Source of the DNA: the human T2T-CHM13v2.0 reference genome, Homo sapiens
Strand: one strand, 5' to 3'
Length of the DNA: 64,000 nucleotides
NCBI RefSeq assembly: GCF_009914755.1
Contig: NC_060930.1
Shown here: positions 1 to 11,900 of the stretch, piece by piece
Numbering within the stretch: the stretch's first letter is position 1
Layout: every line of letters starts with the position of its first letter
Position numbers and translations under genes: made by a program
The notes under the pieces: model-generated
What the model saw: only the letters and a program-made list of their open reading frames with translations
The model's database searches: none
Told to the model about the DNA's origin: nothing

Positions 1-283
1 TCCTTGTGATGAGTGCATTCAACTCAGCGAGTGGCACCTTCCTTTGGATACAGCAGTTTTGAAACACTGTTTTTGTAGTATTTCCAAGCGGATATTTAGA
101 GCGCCTTGAAGCCTATGCTAGAAATGGAAATATCTCCCCATAAAACCAAGACAGAAGCAATCTCAGAAACTAATGTGTGATGGCTGCATTCCACACACAC
201 GGTGGACCATTTCTCTTGATAGAGCAGTTTTGAAACACTCTTTCTGTAGAATCTGCAAGTGGATAATTGGACCTCCTAGAGGC

Positions 284-300
284 CTTCGTTGGAAACGGGA
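284..300 (+). promoter_or_regulatory. CENP-B box, intact (recurs in every HOR; roughly 130 intact boxes expected in the window, 5 per 15-mer and 7 per 18-mer)
   Basis: CTTCGTTGGAAACGGGA matches nTTCGnnnnAnnCGGGn. The total is extrapolated from unit counts, not individually verified. Confidence 0.95.
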
Positions 301-622
301 TTTCTTCATCTAAACCTACAGAGAAGTATTCTCAGTAACTTCTTCGGATGTGTGCATTCGACGCACAGAATGGAACATTCCCTTTGATAGAGCAGTTTTG
401 AGACACCGTTTTTGTAGAATTCCCAAGTGGATATTTAGAGCACTTTGAAGTCTCTGCTAGAAAAGGAAACATCTTCATGTAAAAAGTAGATAGAATCGTT
501 CTCAGAAAGTGCTTAGTGTCGTGTGCGTTCAACTCACAGAGTTTAACGTTTCTTTTGATAGAGCGTTTCTGAAACACCCTTCTTGTAGTAGCTGCAAGTG
601 GATATTTGGACCTATTGGAGGC

Positions 623-639
623 CTTCTTTGGAAATGGGA
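623..639 (+). other. Degenerate CENP-B box fixed in the HOR (representative)
   Basis: CTTCTTTGGAAATGGGA, both CpGs lost. Confidence 0.85.
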
Positions 640-1132
640 TTTCTTCATGTAACTCTAGAGTGAAGAATTCTCAGAAACTCCTTTGTGATGTGTGCATTCA
701 ATTCAAAGAGTGAAACCTCTCTTTTCACAGAGCAGTTTTGAAACACTGTTTTTGTAGGATTTCCAAGGGGATATTTATAGCGCATTGAGCCTACGGCGGA
801 AAAAGAAACATCTTCCTATAAAAACTAGACAGAATACTTCTCAGAATCTGCTTTGCGATGTGTGCGTTCAACTCACAGAGTAAAACTTTTCTTTTGATAG
901 AGCAGTTTTGAAACACTCTTTTTGTAGTATTTGCATGTGTATATTTAGAGCGCATTGAAGCCCACAGTAGAAAAGGAAATAACTTCACCTAAAACCTAGA
1001 CAGAAGCAATCTCAGAAACTACTTTGTGATGTGTACATTCAACTCACAGAGTGGAACTTTCCTCTTTATAGAGCAGTGTTGAAACACTCTTTTTGTAGAA
1101 ACTGCAAGTGGATATTTGGACCTCTTTGAGGC

Positions 1133-1149
1133 CTTCGTTGGAAACGGGA
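1133..1149 (+). promoter_or_regulatory. CENP-B box, intact (representative)
   Basis: CTTCGTTGGAAACGGGA. Confidence 0.95.
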
Positions 1150-1472
1150 TTTCTTCCTATAACCCTAGACAGAAGAATTTTCAGAAACCTCATTGTGATG
1201 TGTGCGTTCATCTCACAGAGTGGAGTCTTCCGTTTGATAGAGAAGTTTTGAAACCCTGTTCTTGTAGGATTTCCAAGTGGATATTTAGACCACTTTGAAG
1301 CCTATGATAGAAAAGGAAACATCTTCATGGAAAACATAGATAGAATCATCCTCAGAAACAACTTTGTGATGTGTGCGTTGAACTCACCGTCTTTAACCTT
1401 TCTTTTGGTAGAGAAGTTTTGAAACACTCTCTTTGTAAAGTCTACAAGTGGATATTTTGAGCCCTTGGAGGC

Positions 1473-1489
1473 ATTCTTTGGAAAAGGGA
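1473..1489 (+). other. Degenerate CENP-B-box-like site fixed in the HOR (representative)
   Basis: ATTCTTTGGAAAAGGGA, both CpGs lost. Confidence 0.8.
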
Positions 1490-1814
1490 ATGTCTTCACA
1501 TAAAAGGCAGACGGAAGTGTTCTCAGAAACTGCTTTGTGATGTCTGTGTTCAACTCACAGAGTTTAACATTTCCTTTGATAGAGCGGTTTAGTAACCCTC
1601 TCTTTGTAGAATTTGGAAGTGTATACTAAGAGCGCTTTGAGGCCTATGGTAGAAAAGGAAATATCTTTCCATAAAAGCTAGACAGAAGCAATCTCAGAAA
1701 CTCCTCTGTGATGTCTGCATTCAACTCACCGAGTGGAACATTCCTCTTGAGAGAGCAGTTTGGAAACACTCTTTCTGTAGAATCAGCTTGTTTGTATTTG
1801 GACCTCCTTGAGGC

Positions 1815-1831
1815 CTTCGTTGGAAACGGGT
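1815..1831 (+). promoter_or_regulatory. CENP-B box, core intact, last base T (representative)
   Basis: CTTCGTTGGAAACGGGT retains all nine core positions. Confidence 0.9.
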
Positions 1832-2154
1832 TTTCATCTTATAAACCCAGACAGAAGAATTCTCAGAGTCTTCTTTGTGATGTGTGCTTTCAACTCACCG
1901 AGATAAAGATTTCTCTTGATAGAGCAATTTGGAAACACTCTTTTTGTAGAATTTGCAAGGGTACATTGAGAGCGCTTTCAGGCCTATGGTAGAAAAGGGA
2001 ATATCTTTCCATAAAAGGTAGACAGAAGCAATCTCAGAAACTACTTTGTGATGTGTGCATTCAACTCACCGAGTGCAACGTTCCTCTTGACCGAGCAGTT
2101 TGGAAACATTGTTTCTGTAGAATCTGCAAGTGGATATTTGGACCTCTTTGAGGC

Positions 2155-2171
2155 CTTCGTTGGAAACGGGA
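2155..2171 (+). promoter_or_regulatory. CENP-B box, intact (representative)
   Basis: CTTCGTTGGAAACGGGA. Confidence 0.95.
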
Positions 2172-2494
2172 TTTCTTCCTATAAACCCAGACAGAAGAAT
2201 TCTCAGAGACTTCTTTGTGATGTGTGAATTCAACTCACAGTGTGGATCCTTCCTTTTGATAGAGCAGTTTTGAAACCCTGTTTTTGTAGTATTTCCAAGC
2301 GGATATTTGGAACGCCTTGAAGCGTATGGTAGAAAAGGAAATATCTTCCCATAAAACCTAGACAGAACCAATCTCAGAAACGACTTTGTGATGTCTGCAT
2401 TCAAGTCACAGAGTTGAACATTTCTCTTGATAGAGCAGTTTTGAAACCCTCTTTCTGAAGGATCTGCAAGTGGATATTTGGAACTCCTTTGGGT

Positions 2495-2511
2495 CTTCGT
2501 TGGAAACGGGA
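2495..2511 (+). promoter_or_regulatory. CENP-B box, intact, just upstream of the 15-mer deletion junction (representative)
   Basis: gggtCTTCGTTGGAAACGGGA. Confidence 0.95.
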
Positions 2512-5382
2512 TTTCTTCGTATAAATCTAGACAGAAGAATTCTCAGAAACTTCCTTGTGATGAGTGCATTCAACTCAGCGAGTGGCACCTTCCTTTGGAT
2601 ACAGCAGTTTTGAAACACTGTTTTTGTAGTATTTCCAAGCGGATATTTAGAGCGCCTTGAAGCCTATGCTAGAAATGGAAATATCTCCCCATAAAACCAA
2701 GACAGAAGCAATCTCAGAAACTAATGTGTGATGGCTGCATTCCACACACACGGTGGACCATTTCTCTTGATAGAGCAGTTTTGAAACACTCTTTCTGTAG
2801 AATCTGCAAGTGGATAATTGGACCTCCTAGAGGCCTTCGTTGGAAACGGGATTTCTTCATCTAAACCTACAGAGAAGTATTCTCAGTAACTTCTTCGGAT
2901 GTGTGCATTCGACGCACAGAATGGAACATTCCCTTTGATAGAGCAGTTTTGAGACACCGTTTTTGTAGAATTCCCAAGTGGATATTTAGAGCACTTTGAA
3001 GTCTCTGCTAGAAAAGGAAACATCTTCATGTAAAAAGTAGATAGAATCGTTCTCAGAAAGTGCTTAGTGTCGTGTGCGTTCAACTCACAGAGTTTAACGT
3101 TTCTTTTGATAGAGCGTTTCTGAAACACCCTTCTTGTAGTAGCTGCAAGTGGATATTTGGACCTATTGGAGGCCTTCTTTGGAAATGGGATTTCTTCATG
3201 TAACTCTAGAGTGAAGAATTCTCAGAAACTCCTTTGTGATGTGTGCATTCAATTCAAAGAGTGAAACCTCTCTTTTCACAGAGCAGTTTTGAAACACTGT
3301 TTTTGTAGGATTTCCAAGGGGATATTTATAGCGCATTGAGCCTACGGCGGAAAAAGAAACATCTTCCTATAAAAACTAGACAGAATACTTCTCAGAATCT
3401 GCTTTGCGATGTGTGCGTTCAACTCACAGAGTAAAACTTTTCTTTTGATAGAGCAGTTTTGAAACACTCTTTTTGTAGTATTTGCATGTGTATATTTAGA
3501 GCGCATTGAAGCCCACAGTAGAAAAGGAAATAACTTCACCTAAAACCTAGACAGAAGCAATCACAGAAACTACTTTGTGATGTGTACATTCAACTCACAG
3601 AGTGGAACTTTCCTCTTTATAGAGCAGTGTTGAAACACTCTTTTTGTAGAAACTGCAAGTGGATATTTGGACCTCTTTGAGGCCTTCGTTGGAAACGGGA
3701 TTTCTTCCTATAACCCTAGACAGAAGAATTTTCAGAAACCTCATTGTGATGTGTGCGTTCATCTCACAGAGTGGAGTCTTCCGTTTGATAGAGAAGTTTT
3801 GAAACCCTGTTCTTGTAGGATTTCCAAGTGGATATTTAGACCACTTTGAAGCCTATGATAGAAAAGGAAACATCTTCATGGAAAACATAGATAGAATCAT
3901 CCTCAGAAACAACTTTGTGATGTGTGCGTTGAACTCACCGTCTTTAACCTTTCTTTTGGTAGAGAAGTTTTGAAACACTCTCTTTGTAAAGTCTACAAGT
4001 GGATATTTTGAGCCCTTGGAGGCATTCTTTGGAAAAGGGAATGTCTTCACATAAAAGGCAGACGGAAGTGTTCTCAGAAACTGCTTTGTGATGTCTGTGT
4101 TCAACTCAGAGAGTTTAACATTTTCTTTGATAGAGCGGTTTAGTAACCCTCTCTTTGTAGAATTTGGAAGTGTATACTAAGAGCGCTTTGAGGCCTATGG
4201 TAGAAAAGGAAATATCTTTCCATAAAAGCTAGACAGAAGCAATCTCAGAAACTCCTCTGTGATGTCTGCATTCAACTCACCGAGTGGAACATTCCTCTTG
4301 AGAGAGCAGTTTGGAAACACTCTTTCTGTAGAATCAGCTTGTTTGTATTTGGACCTCCTTGAGGCCTTCGTTGGAAACGGGTTTTCATCTTATAAACCCA
4401 GACAGAAGAATTCTCAGAGTCTTCTTTGTGATGTGTGCTTTCAACTCACCGAGATAAAGATTTCTCTTGATAGAGCAATTTGGAAACACTCTTTTTGTAG
4501 AATTTGCAAGGGTACATTGAGAGCGCTTTCAGGCCTATGGTAGAAAAGGGAATATCTTTCCATAAAAGGTAGACAGAAGCAATCTCAGAAACTACTTTGT
4601 GATGTGTGCATTCAACTCACCGAGTGCAACGTTCCTCTTGACCGAGCAGTTTGGAAACATTGTTTCTGTAGAATCTGCAAGTGGATATTTGGACCTCTTT
4701 GAGGCCTTCGTTGGAAACGGGATTTCTTCCTATAAACCCAGACAGAAGAATTCTCAGAGACTTCTTTGTGATGTGTGAATTCAACTCACAGTGTGGATCC
4801 TTCCTTTTGATAGAGCAGTTTTGAAACCCTGTTTTTGTAGTATTTCCAAGCGGATATTTGGAACGCCTTGAAGCGTATGGTAGAAAAGGAAATATCTTCC
4901 CATAAAACCTAGACAGAACCAATCTCAGAAACGACTTTGTGATGTCTGCATTCAAGTCACAGAGTTGAACATTTCTCTTGATAGAGCAGTTTTGAAACCC
5001 TCTTTCTGAAGGATCTGCAAGTGGATATTTGGAACTCCTTTGGGTCTTCGTTGGAAACGGGATTTCTTCGTATAAATCTAGACAGAAGAATTCTCCGAAA
5101 CTTCTTTGGTTGTGTGCATTCAAGTCACAGAGTGGAACCTTCCTTTGGATAGAGCAGTTTGAAACGCCGTGGTTGTAGTATTTCCAAGCGGATATTAGAG
5201 CGCCTTGAGGCCTATGGTAGAAAAGGAAATATCTTCCCATAAAACCTAGACGGAAGCAATCTCAGAAACTACTGTGTGATGGCTGCATTCCACACACACG
5301 GTGGAACATTTCTCTTGATAGAGCAGTTTTGAAACACTCTTTCTGTAGAATCTGCAAGTGGATAATTGGACCGCCTTGAGGC

Positions 5383-5399
5383 CTTCGTTGGAAACGGGA
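5383..5399 (+). promoter_or_regulatory. CENP-B box, 18-mer-specific (representative)
   Basis: CTTCGTTGGAAACGGGA inside the 506 bp segment. Confidence 0.95.
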
Positions 5400-5551
5400 T
5401 TTCTTCATGTTACTCTAGATAGAAGAATTCTCAAACACTGCTATGTGATGTTTGCATTCAAGTCACAGAGTGCAACATTCCTCTTGGTAGAGCAGTTGGG
5501 AAACACTCCTTTTGTAGAATCTGCAATGGGATATTTGGACTTCTTTGAGGC

Positions 5552-5568
5552 CTTCGTTGGAAACGGGA
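5552..5568 (+). promoter_or_regulatory. CENP-B box, 18-mer-specific, in the monomer adjacent to the previous box (representative)
   Basis: CTTCGTTGGAAACGGGA, 169 bp after the 5383 box. Confidence 0.95.
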
Positions 5569-8152
5569 TTTCTTCGTATGAATCTAGACAGAAGAATTCT
5601 CAGAAACTTCCTTGTGATGTGTGCATTCAACTCAGCGAGTGGCACCTTCCTTTGGATACAGCAGTTTTGAAACACTGTTTTTGTAGTATTTCCAAGCGGA
5701 TATTTAGAGCGCCTTGAAGCCTATGCTAGAAATGGAAATATCTCCCCATAAAACCAAGACGGAAGCAATCTCAGAAACTAATGTGTGATGGCTGCATTCC
5801 ACACACACGGTGGACCATTTCTCTTGATAGAGCAGTTTTGAAACACTCTTTCTGTAGAATCTGCAAGTGGATAATTGGACCTCCTAGAGGCCTTCGTTGG
5901 AAACGGGATTTCTTCATCTAAACCTACAGAGAAGAATTCTCAGTAACTTCTTCGGATGTGTGCATTCGACGCACAGAATGGAACATTCCCTTTGATAGAG
6001 CAGTTTTGAGACACCGTTTTTGTAGAATTCCCAAGTGGATATTTAGAGCACTTTGAAGTCTCTGCTAGAAAAGGAAACATCTTCATGTAAAAAGTAGATA
6101 GAATCGTTCTCAGAAAGTGCTTAGTGACGTGTGCGTTCAACTCACAGAGTTTAACGTTTCTTTTGATAGAGCGTTTCTGAAACACCCTTCTTGTAGTAGC
6201 TGCAAGTGGATATTTGGACCTATTGGAGGCCTTCTTTGGAAATGGGATTTCTTCATGTAACTCTAGATTGAAGAGTTCTCAGAAACTCCTTTGTGATGTG
6301 TGCATTCAATTCAAAGAGTGAAACCTCCCTTTTCACAGAGCAGTTTTGAAACACTGTTTTTGTAGGATTTCCAAGGGGATATTTATAGCGCATTGAGCCT
6401 ACGGCGGAAAAAGAAACATCTTCCTATAAAAACTAGACAGAATACTTCTCAGAATCTGCTTTGCGATGTGTGCGTTCAACTCACAGAGTAAAACTTTTCT
6501 TTTGATAGAGTAGTTTTGAAACACTCTTTTTGTAGTATTTGCATGTGTATATTTAGAGCGCATTGAAGCCCACAGTAGAAAAGGAAATAACTTCACCTAA
6601 AACCTAGACAGAAGCAATCTCAGAAACTACTTTGTGATGTGTACATTCAACTCACAGAGTGGAACTTTCCTCTTTATAGAGCAGTGTTGAAACACTCTTT
6701 TTGTAGAAACTGCAAGTGGATATTTGGACCTCTTTGAGGCCTTCGTTGGAAACGGGATTTCTTCCTATAACCCTAGACAGAAGAATTTTCAGAAACCTCA
6801 TTGTGATGTGTGCGTTCATCTCACAGAGTGGAGTCTTCCGTTTGATAGAGAAGTTTTGAAACCCTGTTCTTGTAGGATTTCCAAGTGGATATTTAGACCA
6901 CTTTGAAGCCTATGATAGAAAAGGAAACATCTTCATGGAAAACATAGATAGAATCATTCTCAGAAACAACTTTGTGATGTGTGCGTTGAACTCACCGTCT
7001 TTAACCTTTCTTTTGGTAGAGAAGTTTTGAAACACTCTCTTTGTAAAGTCTACAAGTGGATATTTTGAGCCCTTGGAGGCATTCTTTGGAAAAGGGAATG
7101 TCTTCCCATAAAAGGCAGACGGAAGTGTTCTCAGAAACTGCTTTGTGATGTCTGTGTTCAACTCACAGAGTTTAACATTTCCTTTGATAGAGCGGTTTAG
7201 TAACCCTCTCTTTGTAGAATTTGGAAGTGTATACTAAGAGCGCTTTGAGGCCTATGGTAGAAAAGGAAATATCTTTCCATAAAAGCTAGACAGAAGCAAT
7301 CTCAGAAACTCCTCTGTGATGTCTGCATTCAACTCACCGAGTGGAACATTCCTCTTGATAGAGCAGTTTGGAAACACTCTTTCTGTAGAATCAGCTTGTT
7401 TGTATTTGGACCTCCTTGAGGCCTTCGTTGGAAACGGGTTTTCATCTTATAAACCCAGACAGAAGAATTCTCAGAGTCTTCTTTGTGATGTGTGCTTTCA
7501 ACTCACCGAGATAAAGATTTCTCTTGATAGAGCAATTTGGAAACACTCTTTTTGTAGAATTTGCAAGGGTACATTGAGAGCGCTTTCAGGCCTATGGTAG
7601 AAAAGGGAATATCTTTCCATAAAAGGTAGACAGAAGCAATCTCAGAAACTACTTTGTGATGTGTGCATTCAACTCACCGAGTGCAACGTTCCTCTTGACC
7701 GAGCAGTTTGGAAACATTGTTTCTGTAGAATCTGCAAGTGGATATTTGGACCTCTTTGAGGCCTTCGTTGGAAACGGGATTTCTTCCTATAAACCCAGAC
7801 AGAAGAATTCTCAGAGACTTCTTTGTGATGTGTGAATTCAACTCACAGTGTGGATCCTTCCTTTTGATAGAGCAGTTTTGAAACCCTGTTTTTGTAGTAT
7901 TTCCAAGCGGATATTTGGAACGCCTTGAAGCGTATGGTAGAAAAGGAAATATCTTCCCATAAAACCTAGACAGAACCAATCTCAGAAACGACTTTGTGAT
8001 GTCTGCATTCAAGTCACAGAGTTGAACATTTCTCTTGATAGAGCAGTTTTGAAACCCTCTTTCTGAAGGATCTGCAAGTGGATATTTGGAACTCCTTTGG
8101 GTCTTCGTTGGAAACGGGATTTCTTCGTATAAATCTAGACAGAAGAATTCTC

Positions 8153-8658
8153 CGAAACTTCTTTGGTTGTGTGCATTCAAGTCACAGAGTGGAACCTTCC
8201 TTTGGATAGAGCAGTTTGAAACGCCGTGGTTGTAGTATTTCCAAGCGGATATTAGAGCGCCTTGAGGCCTATGGTAGAAAAGGAAATATCTTCCCATAAA
8301 ACCTAGACGGAAGCAATCTCAGAAACTACTGTGTGATGGCTGCATTCCACACACACGGTGGAACATTTCTCTTGATAGAGCAGTTTTGAAACACTCTTTC
8401 TGTAGAATCTGCAAGTGGATAATTGGACCGCCTTGAGGCCTTCGTTGGAAACGGGATTTCTTCATGTTACTCTAGATAGAAGAATTCTCAAACACTGCTA
8501 TGTGATGTTTGCATTCAAGTCACAGAGTGCAACATTCCTCTTGGTAGAGCAGTTGGGAAACACTCCTTTTGTAGAATCTGCAATGGGATATTTGGACTTC
8601 TTTGAGGCCTTCGTTGGAAACGGGATTTCTTCGTATGAATCTAGACAGAAGAATTCTC
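8153..8658 (+). repeat. 18-mer-specific trimer, copy 2
   Basis: Same diagnostic sequence, offset +3057. Confidence 0.95.
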
Positions 8659-8996
8659 AGAAACTTCCTTGTGATGTGTGCATTCAACTCAGCGAGTGGC
8701 ACCTTCCTTTGGATACAGCAGTTTTGAAACACTGTTTTTGTAGTATTTCCAAGCGGATATTTAGAGCGCCTTGAAGCCTATGCTAGAAATGGAAATATCT
8801 CCCCATAAAACCAAGACGGAAGCAATCTCAGAAACTAATGTGTGATGGCTGCATTCCACACACACGGTGGACCATTTCTCTTGATAGAGCAGTTTTGAAA
8901 CACTCTTTCTGTAGAATCTGCAAGTGGATAATTGGACCTCCTAGAGGCCTTCGTTGGAAACGGGATTTCTTCATCTAAACCTACAGAGAAGAATTC

Positions 8997-11900
8997 TCAG
9001 TAACTTCTTCGGATGTGTGCATTCGACGCACAGAATGGAACATTCCCTTTGATAGAGCAGTTTTGAGACACCGTTTTTGTAGAATTCCCAAGTGGATATT
9101 TAGAGCACTTTGAAGTCTCTGCTAGAAAAGGAAACATCTTCATGTAAAAAGTAGATAGAATCGTTCTCAGAAAGTGCTTAGTGACGTGTGCGTTCAACTC
9201 ACAGAGTTTAACGTTTCTTTTGATAGAGCGTTTCTGAAACACCCTTCTTGTAGTAGCTGCAAGTGGATATTTGGACCTATTGGAGGCCTTCTTTGGAAAT
9301 GGGATTTCTTCATGTAACTCTAGATTGAAGAGTTCTCAGAAACTCCTTTGTGATGTGTGCATTCAATTCAAAGAGTGAAACCTCCCTTTTCACAGAGCAG
9401 TTTTGAAACACTGTTTTTGTAGGATTTCCAAGGGGATATTTATAGCGCATTGAGCCTACGGCGGAAAAAGAAACATCTTCCTATAAAAACTAGACAGAAT
9501 ACTTCTCAGAATCTGCTTTGCGATGTGTGCGTTCAACTCACAGAGTAAAACTTTTCTTTTGATAGAGCAGTTTTGAAACACTCTTTTTGTAGTATTTGCA
9601 TGTGTATATTTAGAGCGCATTGAAGCCCACAGTAGAAAAGGAAATAACTTCACCTAAAACCTAGACAGAAGCAATCTCAGAAACTACTTTGTGATGTGTA
9701 CATTCAACTCACAGAGTGGAACTTTCCTCTTTATAGAGCAGTGTTGAAACACTCTTTTTGTAGAAACTGCAAGTGGATATTTGGACCTCTTTGAGGCCTT
9801 CGTTGGAAACGGGATTTCTTCCTATAACCCTAGACAGAAGAATTTTCAGAAACCTCATTGTGATGTGTGCGTTCATCTCACAGAGTGGAGTCTTCCGTTT
9901 GATAGAGAAGTTTTGAAACCCTGTTCTTGTAGGATTTCCAAGTGGATATTTAGACCACTTTGAAGCCTATGATAGAAAAGGAAACATCTTCATGGAAAAC
10001 ATAGATAGAATCATTCTCAGAAACAACTTTGTGATGTGTGCGTTGAACTCACCGTCTTTAACCTTTCTTTTGGTAGAGAAGTTTTGAAACACTCTCTTTG
10101 TAAAGTCTACAAGTGGATATTTTGAGCCCTTGGAGGCATTCTTTGGAAAAGGGAATGTCTTCCCATAAAAGGCAGACGGAAGTGTTCTCAGAAACTGCTT
10201 TGTGATGTCTGTGTTCAACTCACAGAGTTTAACATTTCCTTTGATAGAGCGGTTTAGTAACCCTCTCTTTGTAGAATTTAGAAGTGTATACTAAGAGCGC
10301 TTTGAGGCCTATGGTAGAAAAGGAAATATCTTTCCATAAAAGCTAGACAGAAGCAATCTCAGAAACTCCTCTGTGATGTCTGCATTCAACTCACCGAGTG
10401 GAACATTCCTCTTGATAGAGCAGTTTGGAAACACTCTTTCTGTAGAATCAGCTTGTTTGTATTTGGACCTCCTTGAGGCCTTCGTTGGAAACGGGTTTTC
10501 ATCTTATAAACCCAGACAGAAGAATTCTCAGAGTCTTCTTTGTGATGTGTGCTTTCAACTCACCGAGATAAAGATTTCTCTTGATAGAGCAATTTGGAAA
10601 CACTCTTTTTGTAGAATTTGCAAGGGTACATTGAGAGCGCTTTCAGGCCTATGGTAGAAAAGGGAATATCTTTCCATAAAAGGTAGACAGAAGCAATCTC
10701 AGAAACTACTTTGTGATGTGTGCATTCAACTCACCGAGTGCAACGTTCCTCTTGACCGAGCAGTTTGGAAACATTGTTTCTGTAGAATCTGCAAGTGGAT
10801 ATTTGGACCTCTTTGAGGCCTTCGTTGGAAACGGGATTTCTTCCTATAAACCCAGACAGAAGAATTCTCAGAGACTTCTTTGTGATGTGTGAATTCAACT
10901 CACAGTGTGGATCCTTCCTTTTGATAGAGCAGTTTTGAAACCCTGTTTTTGTAGTATTTCCAAGCGGATATTTGGAACGCCTTGAAGCGTATGGTAGAAA
11001 AGGAAATATCTTCCCATAAAACCTAGACAGAACCAATCTCAGAAACGACTTTGTGATGTCTGCATTCAAGTCACAGAGTTGAACATTTCTCTTGATAGAG
11101 CAGTTTTGAAACCCTCTTTCTGAAGGATCTGCAAGTGGATATTTGGAACTCCTTTGGGTCTTCGTTGGAAACGGGATTTCTTCGTATAAATCTAGACAGA
11201 AGAATTCTCAGAAACTTCCTTGTGATGTGTGCATTCAACTCAGCGAGTGGCACCTTCCTTTGGATACAGCAGTTTTGAAACACTGTTTTTGTAGTATTTC
11301 CAAGCGGATATTTAGAGCGCCTTGAAGCCTATGCTAGAAATGGAAATATCTCCCCATAAAACCAAGACAGAAGCAATCTCAGAAACTAATGTGTGATGGC
11401 TGCATTCCACACACACGGTGGACCATTTCTCTTGATAGAGCAGTTTTGAAACACTCTTTCTGTAGAATCTGCAAGTGGATAATTGGACCTCCTAGAGGCC
11501 TTCGTTGGAAACGGGATTTCTTCATCTAAACCTACAGAGAAGTATTCTCAGTAACTTCTTCGGATGTGTGCATTCGACGCACAGAATGGAACATTCCCTT
11601 TGATAGAGCAGTTTTGAGACACCGTTTTTGTAGAATTCCCAAGTGGATATTTAGAGCACTTTGAAGTCTCTGCTAGAAAAGGAAACATCTTCATGTAAAA
11701 AGTAGATAGAATCGTTCTCAGAAAGTGCTTAGTGTCGTGTGCGTTCAACTCACAGAGTTTAACGTTTCTTTTGATAGAGCGTTTCTGAAACACCCTTCTT
11801 GTAGTAGCTGCAAGTAGATATTTGGACCTATTGGAGGCCTTCTTTGGAAATGGGATTTCTTCATGTAACTCTAGAGTGAAGAATTCTCAGAAACTCTTGT

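Larger units (their letters stand above)
332..2882 (+). repeat. 15-mer HOR unit U1 (2551 bp; unit phase is arbitrary, set by the recurring 81-aa ORF)
   Basis: Spacing 332->2883. Counted 15 box-position motifs: B 284, A ~455, B* 623, A ~790, A ~961, B 1133, A ~1301, B* 1473, A ~1643, B 1815, A ~1983, B 2155, A ~2323, B 2495, A ~2663 (B* = degenerate). Confidence 0.95.
5096..5601 (+). repeat. 18-mer-specific 506 bp three-monomer segment (A-B-B), copy 1
   Basis: Begins cgaaacttctttggttgtgtgc and is absent from 2551 bp units. Boundary is ambiguous within a 21 bp identity. Confidence 0.95.
2883..8996 (+). repeat. Two tandem 18-mer HOR units U2-U3 (3057 bp each)
   Basis: Spacings 2883->5940->8997; both carry the extra 506 bp trimer. 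Confidence 0.95.

Noticed and set aside
5288-5306. ttccac-acacacg-gtggaa short inverted repeat / (CA)n tract
   Set aside because: A 5-6 bp stem and four to five CA units are too short to claim a cruciform or microsatellite without folding calculations.
5096-5601. 506 bp segment flanked by 21 bp direct repeats, resembling a mobile-element insertion with target-site duplication
   Set aside because: The segment is three ordinary alpha monomers. The direct repeat is in-register monomer homology.
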